This document shows positions 29,496 through 43,444 of a stretch of 64,000 nt of DNA, piece by piece. The stretch spans positions 186,001 to 250,000 of the forward strand of contig JBEWZL010000238.1 in assembly GCA_045837725.1 (NCBI GenBank). Reading direction: 5' to 3'. Within the stretch, counting starts at the first letter, position 1. Every line of letters begins with the position of its first letter. The notes beneath the pieces were generated by a model. That model ran no database searches and was not told where the DNA came from. It worked only from the letters and a program-made list of their open reading frames with translations. The translations under genes and the position numbers were made by a program. Source of the DNA: Vermamoeba vermiformis. Its lineage: Eukaryota.

Positions 29496-31937
29496 TTACA
29501 TGAACCAATCAATACGCGGATCAGTCAAGTCATTAATAGGCTTAACGTAAATATGCGCCATGAGTTCTCCTTGGTGCGGCAACTTGAAAAAAAAAATGTT
29601 AGTAATAATTACTAGGAACTAATAAAGGTCTATTTAAATCGATAAATCTTACCAAGAACGGTCTACCATGCTTCTCAAAGTTCTTTCTAATCTTATTTCT
29701 AATTCCGCCCTTTTGTTCGTGCGCTGGAATTTGATGGTACGAGAAACTAAACTCCGGCTGGAACAAGATCCACACCGACGAACTTCCGTACCTAAATCAA
29801 ATATTAAATACGCTCTATATATATATTGTATATCATATTCAATATTTGTTTAAACAATTAATTTATATTTTGAATTGAATTTACGTACGCGTATCTCGGG
29901 CTCGTAGCAGGATAACAAGGCGCGAAAGAAGTGATGAATAGGCGTTGATAATTGAAGGTGAATTGCCAGCTAGGTCTATTCATATCATCGTGCTAAACAA
30001 AACAACAAAAGTTAGCGTGATCCGGATCTTCAGTACAAAAACGCTCATTTTGAACCACAAACTATTATATTCATATTATGGTACTTACTAAGGAGTTTTC
30101 ATTCGCAGGATCGTGGTCGCTTAATGTCGTCAATACTCGTTTCATTGTTTGCCCGAGTTGTTCAGGTGAACTTCCGTACTCGTTGTTTGGATCTGGTATT
30201 TCGAACACGAAACCATCTAAGTGCTCATATTGTGCGATCTAAGAACAGATTATAATAATTATTAACTATTACTCGATGAAATTATAACGGTTTAGGAAAG
30301 TTATTGGTGGATCTGAACGTATTTCCGTTACACGAGTAAAGAAAGCAATTGAAAATATAATAAGCCTTACTAACACGAACACTATGATGATGTTGTATAT
30401 ATCAATACGTACCATCATAAACCTAGTCAACGGTTTAACTAAGTTAAGGGCATTTTCTTCGAGACTTAGATCTGAATTCCACTCAGGTGAGCCCCAAATT
30501 CTATTATAATGTTAGTACTAATACTATATCATATTATGGGTCGTTGCATACCTTGACGTAGCGGCAAATAAGCAGTTAGACTGACTTTTCAATACCTCGA
30601 AATTCTTCAGCGAAGTTGTGTACGATGGAGTATAGCTTAACGGGCCATCGACCTAATCATATCAGTTATTATACTATTGACATCGAAATAGTGATTCTAT
30701 AACCGAATTTTGGACGAAGGTTAAAAGTTTGCGTAGATCAAGAAACGATGTTGCTTAGATCCGCTTGCCAAGTTAAATATTGCTTACCTTTTTCGTCAAA
30801 TAGCTATTTTGAGCTCGGAACAATTGACAGCGCTCATCAGAGACCTTGTCCATCCACTCGTTACAACACACTAACAAATCCATTTCGTTCATCAAACTTA
30901 TCTCCATTAATTCTGACCAATCATTAGATACCATGAATACTAAGTAATAAGTATATTATTTTTACCTTGTTGAAACAGAGCGACTAATTCGCCCATGTTA
31001 GGTAAGGCCTCGAATCTGCCAGGTAAGTTCTTCTCGCAATAAAAGTCGATTAATCGGCCCATATTAGCAGCTACTTCTAATAAATGCAATCTTCTGCACT
31101 CTGTATCGAAGAACTGCACCCACCGCACGTAAAGTCTGCGGATTTCGTTCAAGATCTTTTTGGAGATCAAAACCTGCTTGTTCTTCGGAGTTTCTTCGTC
31201 TTCTTCTTCTTCTTCTATTTTTTCATCTTCCTCCATGCTCTTGTATAGTCTATTAGTTTCAACGGTCAAGTTGCAGCTGAAGTAATTGGCAAGCATCGTC
31301 GATAAAATAAATAATTGCGTGATCTGATAAGGCAAGGACAAATCGACCGGTGAGGCTAATTGACTGCATATAGACGTAAAGCAATGCACTGGATCGTTCG
31401 AAAGCACGTGTGGGTATTTTTCTACGAGCAGATTCACTCGAGTTTGGATGTCGTTCAGTGAAAAGTTGATTTTGGGCTGTTTCTTGTAATACAAACACGG
31501 CTCTAAATCCTTCAAATATTTGTCGCCGAAGAATTTTAGTGCTAGGAGGGGTAAAGTAGCGAATGATAAGATGAAAACTGTAATTAAGAACGACGTCGAA
31601 CCAAATCCAATAACTCGAGAAATTATAGAGGTCTCCATTAATGCCAATATTATAAATAACGCTGCTACTGCTTTGCGTTTATGTTGCATGAATAGCGTCT
31701 TATTATAACGGATTCCATAGTCAAGATAATGCCACTAGAAAAATACGAATTATTAAATCTGACTTAAAATCAATTTATCATGTTAATTATCACGTGTTTG
31801 TCGATTAATATACTATTTGATCATATTAATAAAATATTAGAAGTATCAGCACGTTGCTCTAGTTAAACTGTTCGAAGTCTTACGTTAAACAGATGCTCTC
31901 GGCCAGAGCCATAATTTACAATATCAGTTGATAGCAT
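29496..31937 (-). CDS. Membrane-anchored protein with C-terminal YqcI/YcgG-like domain, multi-exon
   Basis: Spliced translation gives two N-terminal TM segments, then SNCLFA, LDGFVFE, WQFTFNYQRLFITSFAPCYPATSPRY, ILFQPEFSF, IRNKIRKNF. Family assigned from remembered motifs only. Confidence 0.6.
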
Positions 31938-32121
31938 GATTGGTTATATAACTATATTATACAATAAATATACAAAGATCTTTGTGCTCTGTTACGAAAA
32001 GAAAAAAATGAAGACTGGTCAGGCAACAAAAAAATAAACGGGAGGCTTTTTCGCGGTGCCAGGTGCTCATAATTATTATTGTATTATTTATCAGGTGCAA
32101 TTAGAGGTCTATCAATTCAGT

Positions 32122-35100
32122 ATGAGCATCGATACATTCACAGCTTACGCGTTAGAAAAACAAACGAGCCAGATCTGTGGTATCGCACCGTCATCAAACA
32201 AAAACGACCAAGTTGTAATCACGGTGCAACATCAAGGAATATATTTATATGATGTAAGTTATTGCTAGTCCCGCTTTATGCCCCACGAAGATTAATTATT
32301 TTGGATCGCATCTCAAAATTATTAGTTATTTTTTAAATGGCCAATATACGTTAATTGTAGGATGCCAATATTTAATACGTTATATTTTTCGTTAATTTTC
32401 TCCTTCTGTAATTATTTGACGTGTCCGAATCTCGATCGCAGATCTATTTGTCAGAAATAATTAGCCAGCAAATACGTTTCGTGGATAAATAATTAATTTC
32501 GATGTTACAAGCGATTAATACAAGCACGAATAATAACGGCTATTTTTTTGGATGGATTCAGGTTTACGATCAGAAAAGCACAAAGAGTTGGTTATTAGGC
32601 CGTGACACTGCTTTTATTCACCACGCAGTCCAGCACCCTAACAAACAAATTATGAATCATTTCTACGCTGCTCAGTCATCCAAGAATGAAGGAACTGTAA
32701 AAGGATGTTTATGCAAGTGGGTTTACGAGGAAGACGCGAAAAGAATGAAAAAGATCGAGGTAATATACTATAACAATATTTATTATAAGAAAACACTGCA
32801 AAATACAATTATCATCGCGATCTGTCGTTTTATATTTTTATGTGTCGTTACACGACGTTAGATCCAAATAATTTTAACTAATATCGTTCGGATACAGGTC
32901 GACGATCTTATTCATGCCATATTAGTCGATAAAGCCTTTCGTGAAGTGTTTGTTGTAACAGATCACGCTGAGCTGATCGTGTTCGGTCACGAAGGCGACG
33001 TTCAATCGAGCGCTAAGAAAGCCGCTGTTACTCCTAGCAAAAAATCCAAGTAAGTACTAGCTTTATTTACTTTAAAGGGTTTTTTGAGCTAGAGATCCGC
33101 TCACAGTTTTTGTTTAATTCAGATCGCGTTTGGTTATAATTAATGAAGATAATGAAGTTACACGATATTCTAATACATATTAATATAGGACTGCTGATAG
33201 TTCTAAGGCAGTTTGGGCCACACTTAGAGTCGTTGAAGGTGATGCATTCATCTTCGTCGTAACTTACAACGAGAAATCCAAATCGCACGAGTTGATTGTC
33301 TATTCTACCACCCGTAATGAAGAGACTAAGAAAATTGAGGCTAAATTCTTGGCTAGCCACAGCTACGCTGAACAAGTAGGACAAAAACTCGAAATTCATT
33401 GGTATCGGATCTAACCTCTTTTAAAAAGGTTAAAGTTGCTTGCTGCGAGTTAGATATGGATACACTGACTTTTTGCGCCATTAGTAAGCACTATTCGATT
33501 ATTTGGCAAGATCCGAGACTAATCTAATTTCCTTACGTTTACAGAATCAGATCACTCGTTGTTCATCCACAAATTCAAATCTACCGAAGAATTATTCTCA
33601 ACAAATGCCCCGATTTTGTTAGAATCGACCGATAACATCGAAAGAAAGATTGGCGCTTACGAAAGTGCAGGCTTAGCAGCAATGCTTATTAAATCAGGCG
33701 TATTGGCTATTGTTGGTCGCGAGGCTAAGACTAATCATAGTAAGTATATTATTCCTTAATTAATGAAAAATCCTAACATTTTATTGAAGATCTCGTTACT
33801 GTCTGGGACACGCACTTTGGAACTCTTCTGGGCTCGAAGACTCTCGAGTTCGAAACTAAGAACCAAGTATCCAACGACAAGCTCGCAGTTAAACAAGTAA
33901 GGAACAATATTACCATAAATTTAGAATTTTCCTAACCTAATTTTCGCTACCAGATCATCAGATCGCACGAAGGAAATTATTTCTCGATCTGCTCTTCAGC
34001 TGGTGTTATTGTTGCTACCTTCAGTGGTAAGTTCATATATAAGGGCACTCTTGTAATATATCTAACTCGACTCTCGTAGTTGAGGAACCTACTCTAGCCA
34101 CGTGCCTCGGCAAGTTCCAACCTACTTTGGCCGTGCTTGACAAAAACGTAAGACCGAACTACAGTATATCTGTTGTATAGGTCTCGGTACTAACTAATGC
34201 AATAGGATCCCGCTCATATTGGCCCTCCATTGTCACTCACCGATATTGATCTGGAGGTACGTAACAACTACTTTTCGACCGTGTTCGTCATTTACGCTCA
34301 GCGATGATATTGATAATTATTATGATGACGCAATTCTACTGCCTTCCTACTGCAATTTAATTGAAGATAAAAGGAACTAATTTGTCTGACAAATTATCGT
34401 ATTTGATCCAACAACTTGCGAAGTCTTGTTTCGACACGTCGGAATAACTTAGTAATTCTTTTTCGTTTACAGTCCAGTATTTTCCCCGAGGAAGTCATTA
34501 ACGTGGGCGAAGAGACAATGAAAGACGCTCAACCGGATCAAGCATCCAAAGAGCGACCCAAGTCAATCGTATTGAAGATGCCTAAAGAAATCGAATATGT
34601 TAGTCTTACCCCTGAAACATGGAAAGAAAGCGTCGTTGTGATCGATGAAAAAGAACAAAGCACTATTCAGAAGTTAGCGCAGTACGAAAAGAATCAATTG
34701 AAGAGAGAGCAGTTTATGAAGATTTTCAACGATTACTATGAACACGTTAAACAAGAAAATGATGTTAAGGACCACAAGCACTACTCTCTAAACTGTAAGT
34801 CACATCGGCATCCTCTATATATAGCGTACAATAGAAAAATTAATTGCTGTTGTAGTGCGTGCCAAGAACATTGACGCGAGAAATATGAGCCACAAATACG
34901 AAGCAATTGAACAAGACCAAAAGAAGATCGGTCAGAATGTCGAGGTAAGAATACACTATAATCCTTATTTATATAGATCATATTCTAAACGATATAATTA
35001 CCCAGCGACAAGAGTGGCGCAAGATCCCCAAATTTTCTCATAACTTCATCCGAACTGTTTCTCGTATCTGCTTATCGACCGAGAACCCTAGTGGATATAT

Positions 35101-36049
35101 CTGGGAGCCTATTGCTGCATTCTTGAAGACCCGTCAAGTTTCAGCTGCCGCGATCCCCAACTTGGTTCCCTCGATCTTGAAAGCCAAGAAGCTGGTATGT
35201 TGTTATTAGTGCTGTAGTAACAATATGTTAATCGACCTATCCATAGGATATCTTGCTGTTATACTTGGCAAACATTGAAGACGCCAACGAAAGCGATCTT
35301 GTCAGAATCTTGAAGTTCTTGATCTCTGGCATTGACCGCAATGAATTGAACGAATTTTGGAAGAAAGAAATGATTACGAGCAAGAAAACGAAGACTGGTG
35401 TCGACGTCGTCATGGCCAAGTTTTTGTAAGTTAGATGTGGCACGTGCTTGGTTTAGTTTCCTCGACTAACCCGAGCTTTATAGGAACGCTGTTATTACCA
35501 CCCCTTATAACAACTTATTTATGCAAGACGTTTTGAGGCATCTTAACCTCAAGGAAGTGTTGGTAAGTCGCAAGCAAGATCGGCGCATCTCATCTTCGTT
35601 ACTCTTTCAGCGGATTGATTATACTCACGTGAACAAATATTATAGGTTATGCTTAATCACTTGCACATGTGGCTTATTCACTACCGACATCTGAATTCAA
35701 AATTTACCGTTGGCGCGCATTATTCAGTACCAAGCTTGCAACAGGTAATTAAGCTTGATTTGAATTGAAAATCGCTTCTAAATATGTATATTAATTACGT
35801 GCACGTACCCTTTAGGTTATTTCATGGATTACTATGCTTGTTGACGCACATCTGGCTCAGCTGGTTTTGGTCGATGAAGGAAGCAAATTGGTCATGACGA
35901 TTGGAGAACGTATTGACGAGCACTTAAAAACAATGGAACAGATGGAGTTGTTGCGCGGCTGCATGAACTATTACTTCAGCACACCCACAAGAAAGCTGAA
36001 CGATAGCCAAGCCAAATCTGCTTACCGAACCGAAGTTTTGAACATTTAA
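32122..36049 (+). CDS. NOL11: Nucleolar protein 11 / Utp8-like (SSU processome), multi-exon
   Basis: N-terminal VVITVQHQGIYLYDV..QKSTKSW and C-terminal PSLQQVISWITMLVDAH..YRTEVLNI resemble the NOL11 termini. Confidence 0.7.
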
Positions 36050-36346
36050 CGCGAAATAATAAAATTAAAACAGTTTTATCGAGCAGAGGTCTTGTGGTGT
36101 TTCAATCAACTGGAGAATAGAAATCTCCGCGCGATCCATTCATTGCAACGGTAATTCGCCAAAAAAAGAAATTCAAAACAAACTAATTGTTCAAAGCCAA
36201 GAATACGCAAGATAATAATTGGTGTAAGGCCCTTCGATATATTGGCATTCAAGCGAATTTTAACTTGTGTTTTCTGTAGATTCAATTGAGCGTGGAGATT
36301 TGCCTCTTATTGTTCCTACCTCGATATTTATTATTGGCAAATCAAT

Positions 36347-39300
36347 ATGGACACCACTACTGTACTCAAATTAAATGGCGAAGGTAATAATCATTAATAG
36401 CGCACAGCGAAATTATCGGTAGATGCCATAATTAATGAAGCACACTGAAATTAATTAAAACAATTCTTGATATGCGCTGCAATCCCTCAGCAATAATCAT
36501 TTATTTGTCTATTAATTTAATTTAATATTTTAATAGCAGTCCAATTTTAAATTTCGGAGCGCAAGATCCACGAGCCAAAATACACATTTAATTAATTAAC
36601 AATTGCCAATAATTTATTTTTAATATTTATAGGCCCTAAGAACACGGGTACACCACCTCCTGTGGCGCCTAAAAAGGTACCAAAGGGGATCTCGCCTGAA
36701 TTAGCTTTATTGCTAGAAGTACCATCGGGAGGCGGCGCAAAAGACAATAGACGCATGTCATTACCACCTTCGATGATTTTACAACAGCAGCAAGCTAATC
36801 AAGCAGCTCAACAACAGACTAGTCCAACAGCTGATCAGCGACAACGCGATATGATCGGACGTTTGATGGCTCTTTCACCGCGTTCCTATTCCGAGCCCAA
36901 TTCTGCCGATAACACGCCTGTCAAGAAGGCCTCGGATACACCCACGCCAGCGCCTTCTCCATCGAAATTTCCTCCTACACAGCCTGGATCAGGTGCGCCA
37001 AAGGTCAATTTCAACGGTGCACCAAAACAACCTGGAATTGGTGTTGTCAATGTCCAACGACAAACCTCTGTTGGTGAGCCATCGAGTGCTGCACCAAAAC
37101 AACCAGGAATTCAACGCCAAATATCTGCTGGCGCCGAGACTCAACCAAATGCCACGGGCCTTAAACCCGTTGGGCACTTGCGTCAGAGTTCAGCAGGCGA
37201 ACCAAAGACACCGGCAATTGTTACCAGCGCTCCTAACGCAGCTCCTAAACAACCAATGATTCAAAAGCAACAATCTGTCGGCGAATCAAAGCCGGCTGTG
37301 TTGACAATGCCTACCGTTGAAGTAAAAATGACCGTCACTGAAGAAGTCAAAAAGTCACCGCGAGAAGAAGTCAAACCAGCTCCACAAACAAACCAAATTA
37401 ATCCTGGTCCCGTTAAGCGTGCGCCAAGTCAAAGTGTGACCGAGCGACCAACGCTTGTTAAGACTGTCAGCGAGCCAAGTAAGCCAAAAGAAGCTCCAGC
37501 TAAACTCGGCTCTGGCCCACCAAAGTTCGGCGGAGCTGCGCCTAAGAAAGAAGGCGTGTTGATTCACGCTAACAGCGAGTCCAAAGCCGCTGCTACACCC
37601 GCTCCAGCACCTCTCAAAACACCAGAAGAAGGTCAACCTAAGATGGGTCCAAAACAACCCGTGCCTGCTGGTGGTCCTAAGCACCCACTGTCAATGAGCC
37701 AGGGAGCCAAAGTTGCGCCAAAGGGCCCGAGTCCCGTTGCTCCTGGCGTGCCTAAGACAGTCGCACCAACAGCTGCACCAACAGCCGCTCCTACTGAAGA
37801 ATTCAAGAGCGTTTCTGAATTAAAGAAACAGGAGGAAGAACGACTTGCTGCTGAGGCCAAGAGAAAGCAAGAAGAAGAAGAGGCACGTAATAGAGCTGCC
37901 GAGGTCAGGAAGAAACAAGAGGAAGAGCGACTAGCCGCTGAAGCCAAGAAAAAGCAAGAGGAAGAACAAGCGCGCAAAGCTGCCGAGCTTAAGAAACAAG
38001 AGGATGAACGACTCGCTGCAGAGGCCAAGCAAAAGCAAGAGGAAGAACGAAAGGCCGCGGAGTTGAAAAAGAAACAGGAAGATGAACAGAGAGCTGCTGA
38101 ATTGAAAAAGAAACAGGAGGAAGACAGACTTGCCGCTGAAGCTAAGAAAAAGCAAGAGGAAGAACAAGCACGCAAAGCTGCCGAGCTTAAGAAACAAGAG
38201 GATGAGCGATTGGCTGCTGAAGCTAAACGCAAACAAGAAGAGGAAGAGGCACGTAAGGCAGCGGATCTGAAGAAAAAACAAGAAGAAGAACGCTTGGCAG
38301 CTGAAGCTAAGAAGCGAAAGGAAGAAGAGGATCGTAAAGCCGCTGAATTGAAGAAACAAGAAGACGATCGATTAGCCGCTGAGGCCAAGAAAAAACAAGA
38401 GGACGAGGAACGCAAAGCTGCCGAGCTCAAGAAGAAACAAGAAGAGGAGCGATTAGCCGCTGAAGCTAAGAAAAAGCAAGAAGAGGACGAGCGTAAGGCT
38501 ACTGAACTCAAGAAGAAACAAGAGGACGAGAGACTTGCTGCTGAGGCTAAAAAGAAGCAAGAAGAGGAACGACTGGCCGCTGAAGCCAAAAAGAAGCAAG
38601 AAGACGAGGAGCGCAAGGCTGCCGAGCTTAAGAAACAAGAGGAAGATCGAAAGGCAGCTGAGGCTAAACAAAAGGAAGAGGACGAGCGCAAGGCTGCAGA
38701 GTTGAAAAAGAAACAAGAAGAAGAGCGATTGGCTGCTGAAGCTAAGAAAAAACAAGAGGAAGAACAAAAGGCCGCTGAATTGAAAAAGAAGCAAGAAGAA
38801 AAGATTGCTGCTGACGCCAAGAAACGAAAGGAGGAAGAAGAGCTCAAGAAGAAACAAGAGGAAGAACAGAAAGCCGCTGAACTCAAAAAGAAGCAAGAAG
38901 ACGAACGACTAGCAGCTGAAGCCAAAAAGAAGCAAGAAGAAGAAAAACTTGCTGCTGAGGCGAAGAAAAAACAAGAAGAGGACGAGCGTAAGGCTGCTGA
39001 ACTCAAGAAGAAACAGGAGGAAGAGAGACTTGCTGCCGAGGCTAAAAAGAAGCAAGAAGAGGAAGAGGCTGCCGCGGCCAAGAAGAAACAAGAAGACGAG
39101 CAAAAGAAGAAAGACGAGGCCGAGAAAGCGGCTGCTGCTGACGCGAACAAACCGGCCGTCTTACCAGCAGTTCCCAAACGAACTTTCCCTCCTAAAACAG
39201 CGACTTCAACTGAAGGTGCCAAGCCCGCTGACTCCACCGAGACAGCCACTGACAAGCCTGCTACTGCGACCTCGGCAGACTCGTCCAACTTACCTGCCGT

Positions 39301-40143
39301 GCCTAAACGTACGTTCCCACCTAAAGTCGAAGGCGCGACTCAACTTCGTCCGTCATCGTCGGATTCGGCCGTCAATATGCCGCCTGTTCCTAAGCGCACT
39401 TTCCCGCCCAAAGGCGACAATAGCGGTGCTCAACCGGATCCGCTCCGTACTTCAGTCGGAAAGCAGCCCTTGCAAATTGGACTTAGAAACAGTGGTGGCA
39501 AAGTACCTGTTATGACACAAGAAGCTCCTGAAGCCACGCCCAAAACGAGCTTGGCGCCTGGCAACAAGAAAAACCATCGCGCTTCTATTAGTGCTATTGC
39601 CTTTGCACAGATGAAAGAGCGCGAAATGTCGTCATCTGATGGCTCTGTAGCACCTCCACGAATCCCTGGCTTGATGCCTTTGCCCGGCCTATCAAAATCA
39701 ACGCCTGTAACTCCGAACGGCGAGGCTGGTGTTCGCAACAGAGCAGCGACTTTGAACTTGAAGATGTTGATGCCTGGTCAGTTGGATAATCACTTCGAAG
39801 AGGCTAAGAAACAAAAACAAGAAACGCCGGACCCAGAAAACGACGGCAAACTCGTGCACGTAAGTACATTTCCTAATAAGGAAATTTCATCATAAATTTT
39901 GTATGACCTGATTCTAATGATTGTATTATTCAGTTGACTGCCCAACGAGTTAAAATTGGAAATAGACGACCTCCTAAGAAGGTAGGTGGTCGACCTGTCT
40001 CTGTTGCTCTCGACAGACCGATCAGTTTCGAATCCGGTGGTTTCTTGGACGACATTGCTCCGTTGAAAGCTAAGGCAGAAAGTAGCGATAGTTTACCTAC
40101 AAATAACAATAACAATAATATGAATAGTATTAGCGAAGAATAA
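36347..40143 (+). CDS. Large low-complexity protein: Pro-rich region, long E/K/R repeat helix, PxxPxR repeats, C-terminal capping-protein-interaction (CPI) motif
   Basis: 1077-aa ORF plus flanking exons. Splice KLVH|LTAQRVKIGNRRPP matches CPI LxHxTxxRxK...RRPP. Confidence 0.8.
37810..39125 (+). repeat. Coding tandem repeat, alternating KKKQEEERLAAEA / KKKQEEDERKAAEL units
   Basis: Directly visible in the translation. Synonymous codons vary between units. Confidence 0.95.
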
Positions 40144-40217
40144 TATGTATTTATAATATTTATAAAAATTGTACGATATAAACTAACTTATTAACAAAAT
40201 TAGTTAGCTTAACAGAT

Positions 40218-40996
40218 TTATAACAAAGTATCAGATACCGCATCCAAGTCATAGAATTCAGTATCTTGGTTGAACTTGAAGTAATTCGGCTGCTTCTCGA
40301 ACTTGAATCCGTCAATGCTGAATGGATGTTCGTCGTACTGGTCGCGATCGGACTTGTTCTTGAGCTTACGATGGCCGGCTCTTACGAAGGGTATGTTAGG
40401 CGATCTAGCTTTCTTAGCAGGAGGAGCGTATTCGTCATTAATGCCCATCTCGTCGAGATCTTGCTTGAGGGTGTAATTGTCGCGCTGAAGTTCGTTATGC
40501 TCGTCTTGAAGGCCTTCAACTTCGTATTTGAGATATTCTAGTTCCATCTCCATCAAGGTAACTTGCATCATAGTCTTAACGTACTCATCTGGCTCTTCCT
40601 CGATCTCTTTTTTAAGCTTTGTATAGGCGCGTTCAGATTCGCGACGAGTGTATTCGTAGTAGTACTCTTCTTCTTCAAACATCGAGCCAGTAATGCATGA
40701 GCTATATCTCATAGACCTACGTCGTCGGTACTCAACCTCATCATCGTCGTAACTAGATTTCGCTTGTCAGTACGCGATCTGAGATTTGAAATCGAACTTT
40801 GCCTACGAAGGCTAGAGACTTACTTATGGGGTTTGTTTAGTTTCATTCGCCTGTTTCCCACGCTTCTTTGCATTATCTTTTGTTTGGAGTACCGCAAAGT
40901 CGAATCTACCGAAATATTTAGAAATTTGGCTTGGCAGCTTTTTTAAAATTCCAAAATCATGAAATACTTACGCATTGGCATTCTAAATGGATTCAT
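40218..40996 (-). CDS. Hypothetical protein with acidic coiled-coil region
   Basis: Long open frame with coding-like composition. Candidate first exon MNPFRMPM followed by a gtaag donor. No family recognised. Confidence 0.55.
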
Positions 40997-41403
40997 ATTG
41001 GCACAATAATCCCTTCTGAATGAGTAGGTAGGCTCAAAACCAAATTTTCGGATGCACTCTGCAAATTGCCGGCAATATGATTAGTACTTTGTAATTAAAA
41101 CTATTCGAAGCTTGGCATATTCATTTGCTTCAATTCTATTAATTTTCTTAAAGGCGATCTGGAAAATTGAGAATTTTAAAAGTACCGCGCACCTGGATCT
41201 GCCATTGTTGATTCGTATTCCAGGCTTAAACAGTTTGAAGATCAATTACTAGTACTGTCGGACTGTTTAATGAAGCGAACACAAATGAGACAAACTTTAT
41301 CTATCTTTTTTGACAGAAAAGCCGTACGGATCCAAAAATGGAAAATCACGTGGGAACTTAAGAAAACATTGCACGCTTGAGCATTGATTAATTAAATTTG
41401 ACA

Positions 41404-43146
41404 ATGGCAACAGCAGTGAATAGAAAAATACGGTAGTTAGCATTATTGCGGCAGTTTCAGACGTACTAACAATTTCGATCAGATTTGGCATGGTCGGTGG
41501 AGGGCCACCAAAATGGATTGGAGAAGCCCACCGCAAAGCAGCTTCATTAACGGGAATATTAGAATTAGTTGCAGGATGTTTCTCGTCGAATTACGATAAG
41601 TCATTAGAGCTTAACAAAAAGTATGAGAATATCAGCAAAAATTTCTTTTATTTTCAAAAATTATTAATAGATAAAAACTGAATATAGCGCATTCCATTAC
41701 ATAAGTTAATAATTATGGGATTTTTTCAGACTACAATTAGACCCAAGCAGAATTTACAAAAGTTTTGAAGAGATGGCTGACAAAGAATCTCAAATGCCCG
41801 CTGATAAACGGTAATTTTCGGTTATTGTTAACGCTTAGAATTATGTAGTACTCAGTAATGCCGCAGATTGGATTTTATTGCAGTTGTCACGCCGGATCCA
41901 CTTCATTTCCCTGTCTCAAAATTTTTCATCGAGAAAGGTTTCCACGTCTTATCCGATAAGCCTATGTGAGTTATACTAGCTTATTAAGTAATATGTTAGC
42001 ATAAATTATCGAATACATCTTTATTAATCTCGCAACAAATTTTTGTATTCGGATCGCGCTCGTTAAAAGTTGTAGAAATTGAACTAATATGAAATACTTT
42101 CATAGGACGAGTAACCTTGAAGACGCAAAGCAGCTACATAAATTAGCTAAGCAACACAACGTCTTATTCGGCGTTACATACAACTACACAGGCCACGCTA
42201 TGGTGAAAGAAGCGCGCGAACTGATCAAAAAGGGAGATTTGGGCGAGATTAAAAAAATTGTCGTGGAGTACGTACAGAGCGGCGTTCATGAAACGAGAAA
42301 CTCGAACATTTCAACGTTATTGGGCATCGGAACTCACGCTTATCATCTTATGAATTATATTACTGGTCTGGACGTCGAAGGTACCTCATATTAATTCAAT
42401 TGATAATAATTATCCTTATTTTCCAAATTAGGAAATGAAATTTTTTCCAGTACGCGATCCACTTAATTTCATTTCTAATGTATTTATTCTTAGAATTATG
42501 CGCCGATGTTACCACTTTTACCAAAGGACGCACTGTTGAAGATGATATTAACGTGCTCGTAAAATACAAATCAGATCGCGTTGTGAACGGAACTTTCGTG
42601 ATCTCTCAAGTAATAGTTAAATCAGTATGGTTAAGATAATTATACTGAATAAATAATTATAGGTTTCTACTGGTGAAGTAAACGACTTGTGGATCAGGGT
42701 GTACGGAACTCAAGCGAGCTTAGAATGGAAACAAGAAGATCCGAACTACCTTAGAGTTTTCTCGCGCGAGCATCCCACAAAGGTACGAATACCGTATTAT
42801 AGCATATTATATTGACAGAATTTAACGTGAGTATTTGTCATTGTCTAACTTTTTGTTTGTGGATCAGATCTTGCAACGCGGCAAAGAATATTTGTCCGAA
42901 GTCGCCAAATATAATAGCATGATCCCTGCTGGTCATCCTGAAGGCTATTTAGAAGCATTTTCAAATATTTATCGCAACTTTGCGCAAGCAGTAGCTGCAC
43001 GAGTGGCAGGCAAAGAACCGAATCCGTTAGATCTGGACTTCCCGACCACACTCGACGGCTTGAAGGGCGTATTGTTCCGCGAAAGAGTGTTACAAAGTAG
43101 CAAAAATAAGGCATGGGTGAAAATGAGTTTAGATGAATCGCTGTAA
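41404..43146 (+). CDS. Gfo/Idh/MocA family NAD(P)-dependent oxidoreductase, multi-exon
   Basis: IRFGMVGGG..IGEAHRKAA, VVTPDPLH, FHVLSDKP, VTYNYTGHAMV, IGTHAYHL, PAGHPEGYLEAF. Confidence 0.92.
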
Positions 43147-43444
43147 ACTTTCGAATAAAACTCATTTTAATTCCAATCTGTACTCGAAACTCGTTTTAAT
43201 TCAAGTCAACAACTGAAGTTTATACTGGTTTTTTTTCAAGTGTTCGTACTAGTGCAGATTAAGGAAGATCCTTAGCTTGCCACACGTTCAGTACAATTTG
43301 ACCTTCTTTGTTGTTTTCCACTACTACTAAAACTGTGCAGTCACAGAGAATGTTTTAATTAGGACCAAAAATAGCAAGAAATTTGTAAATATGTGACACT
43401 TGCCAAAATCCGCGGAACATTTGGCAATTACAGTAATACTAATG

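Noticed and set aside
37633-39288. 551-aa minus-strand ORF (Ser/Phe/Cys/Ala-rich) and other overlapping ORFs
   Set aside because: Antisense shadow of the E/K repeat coding region.
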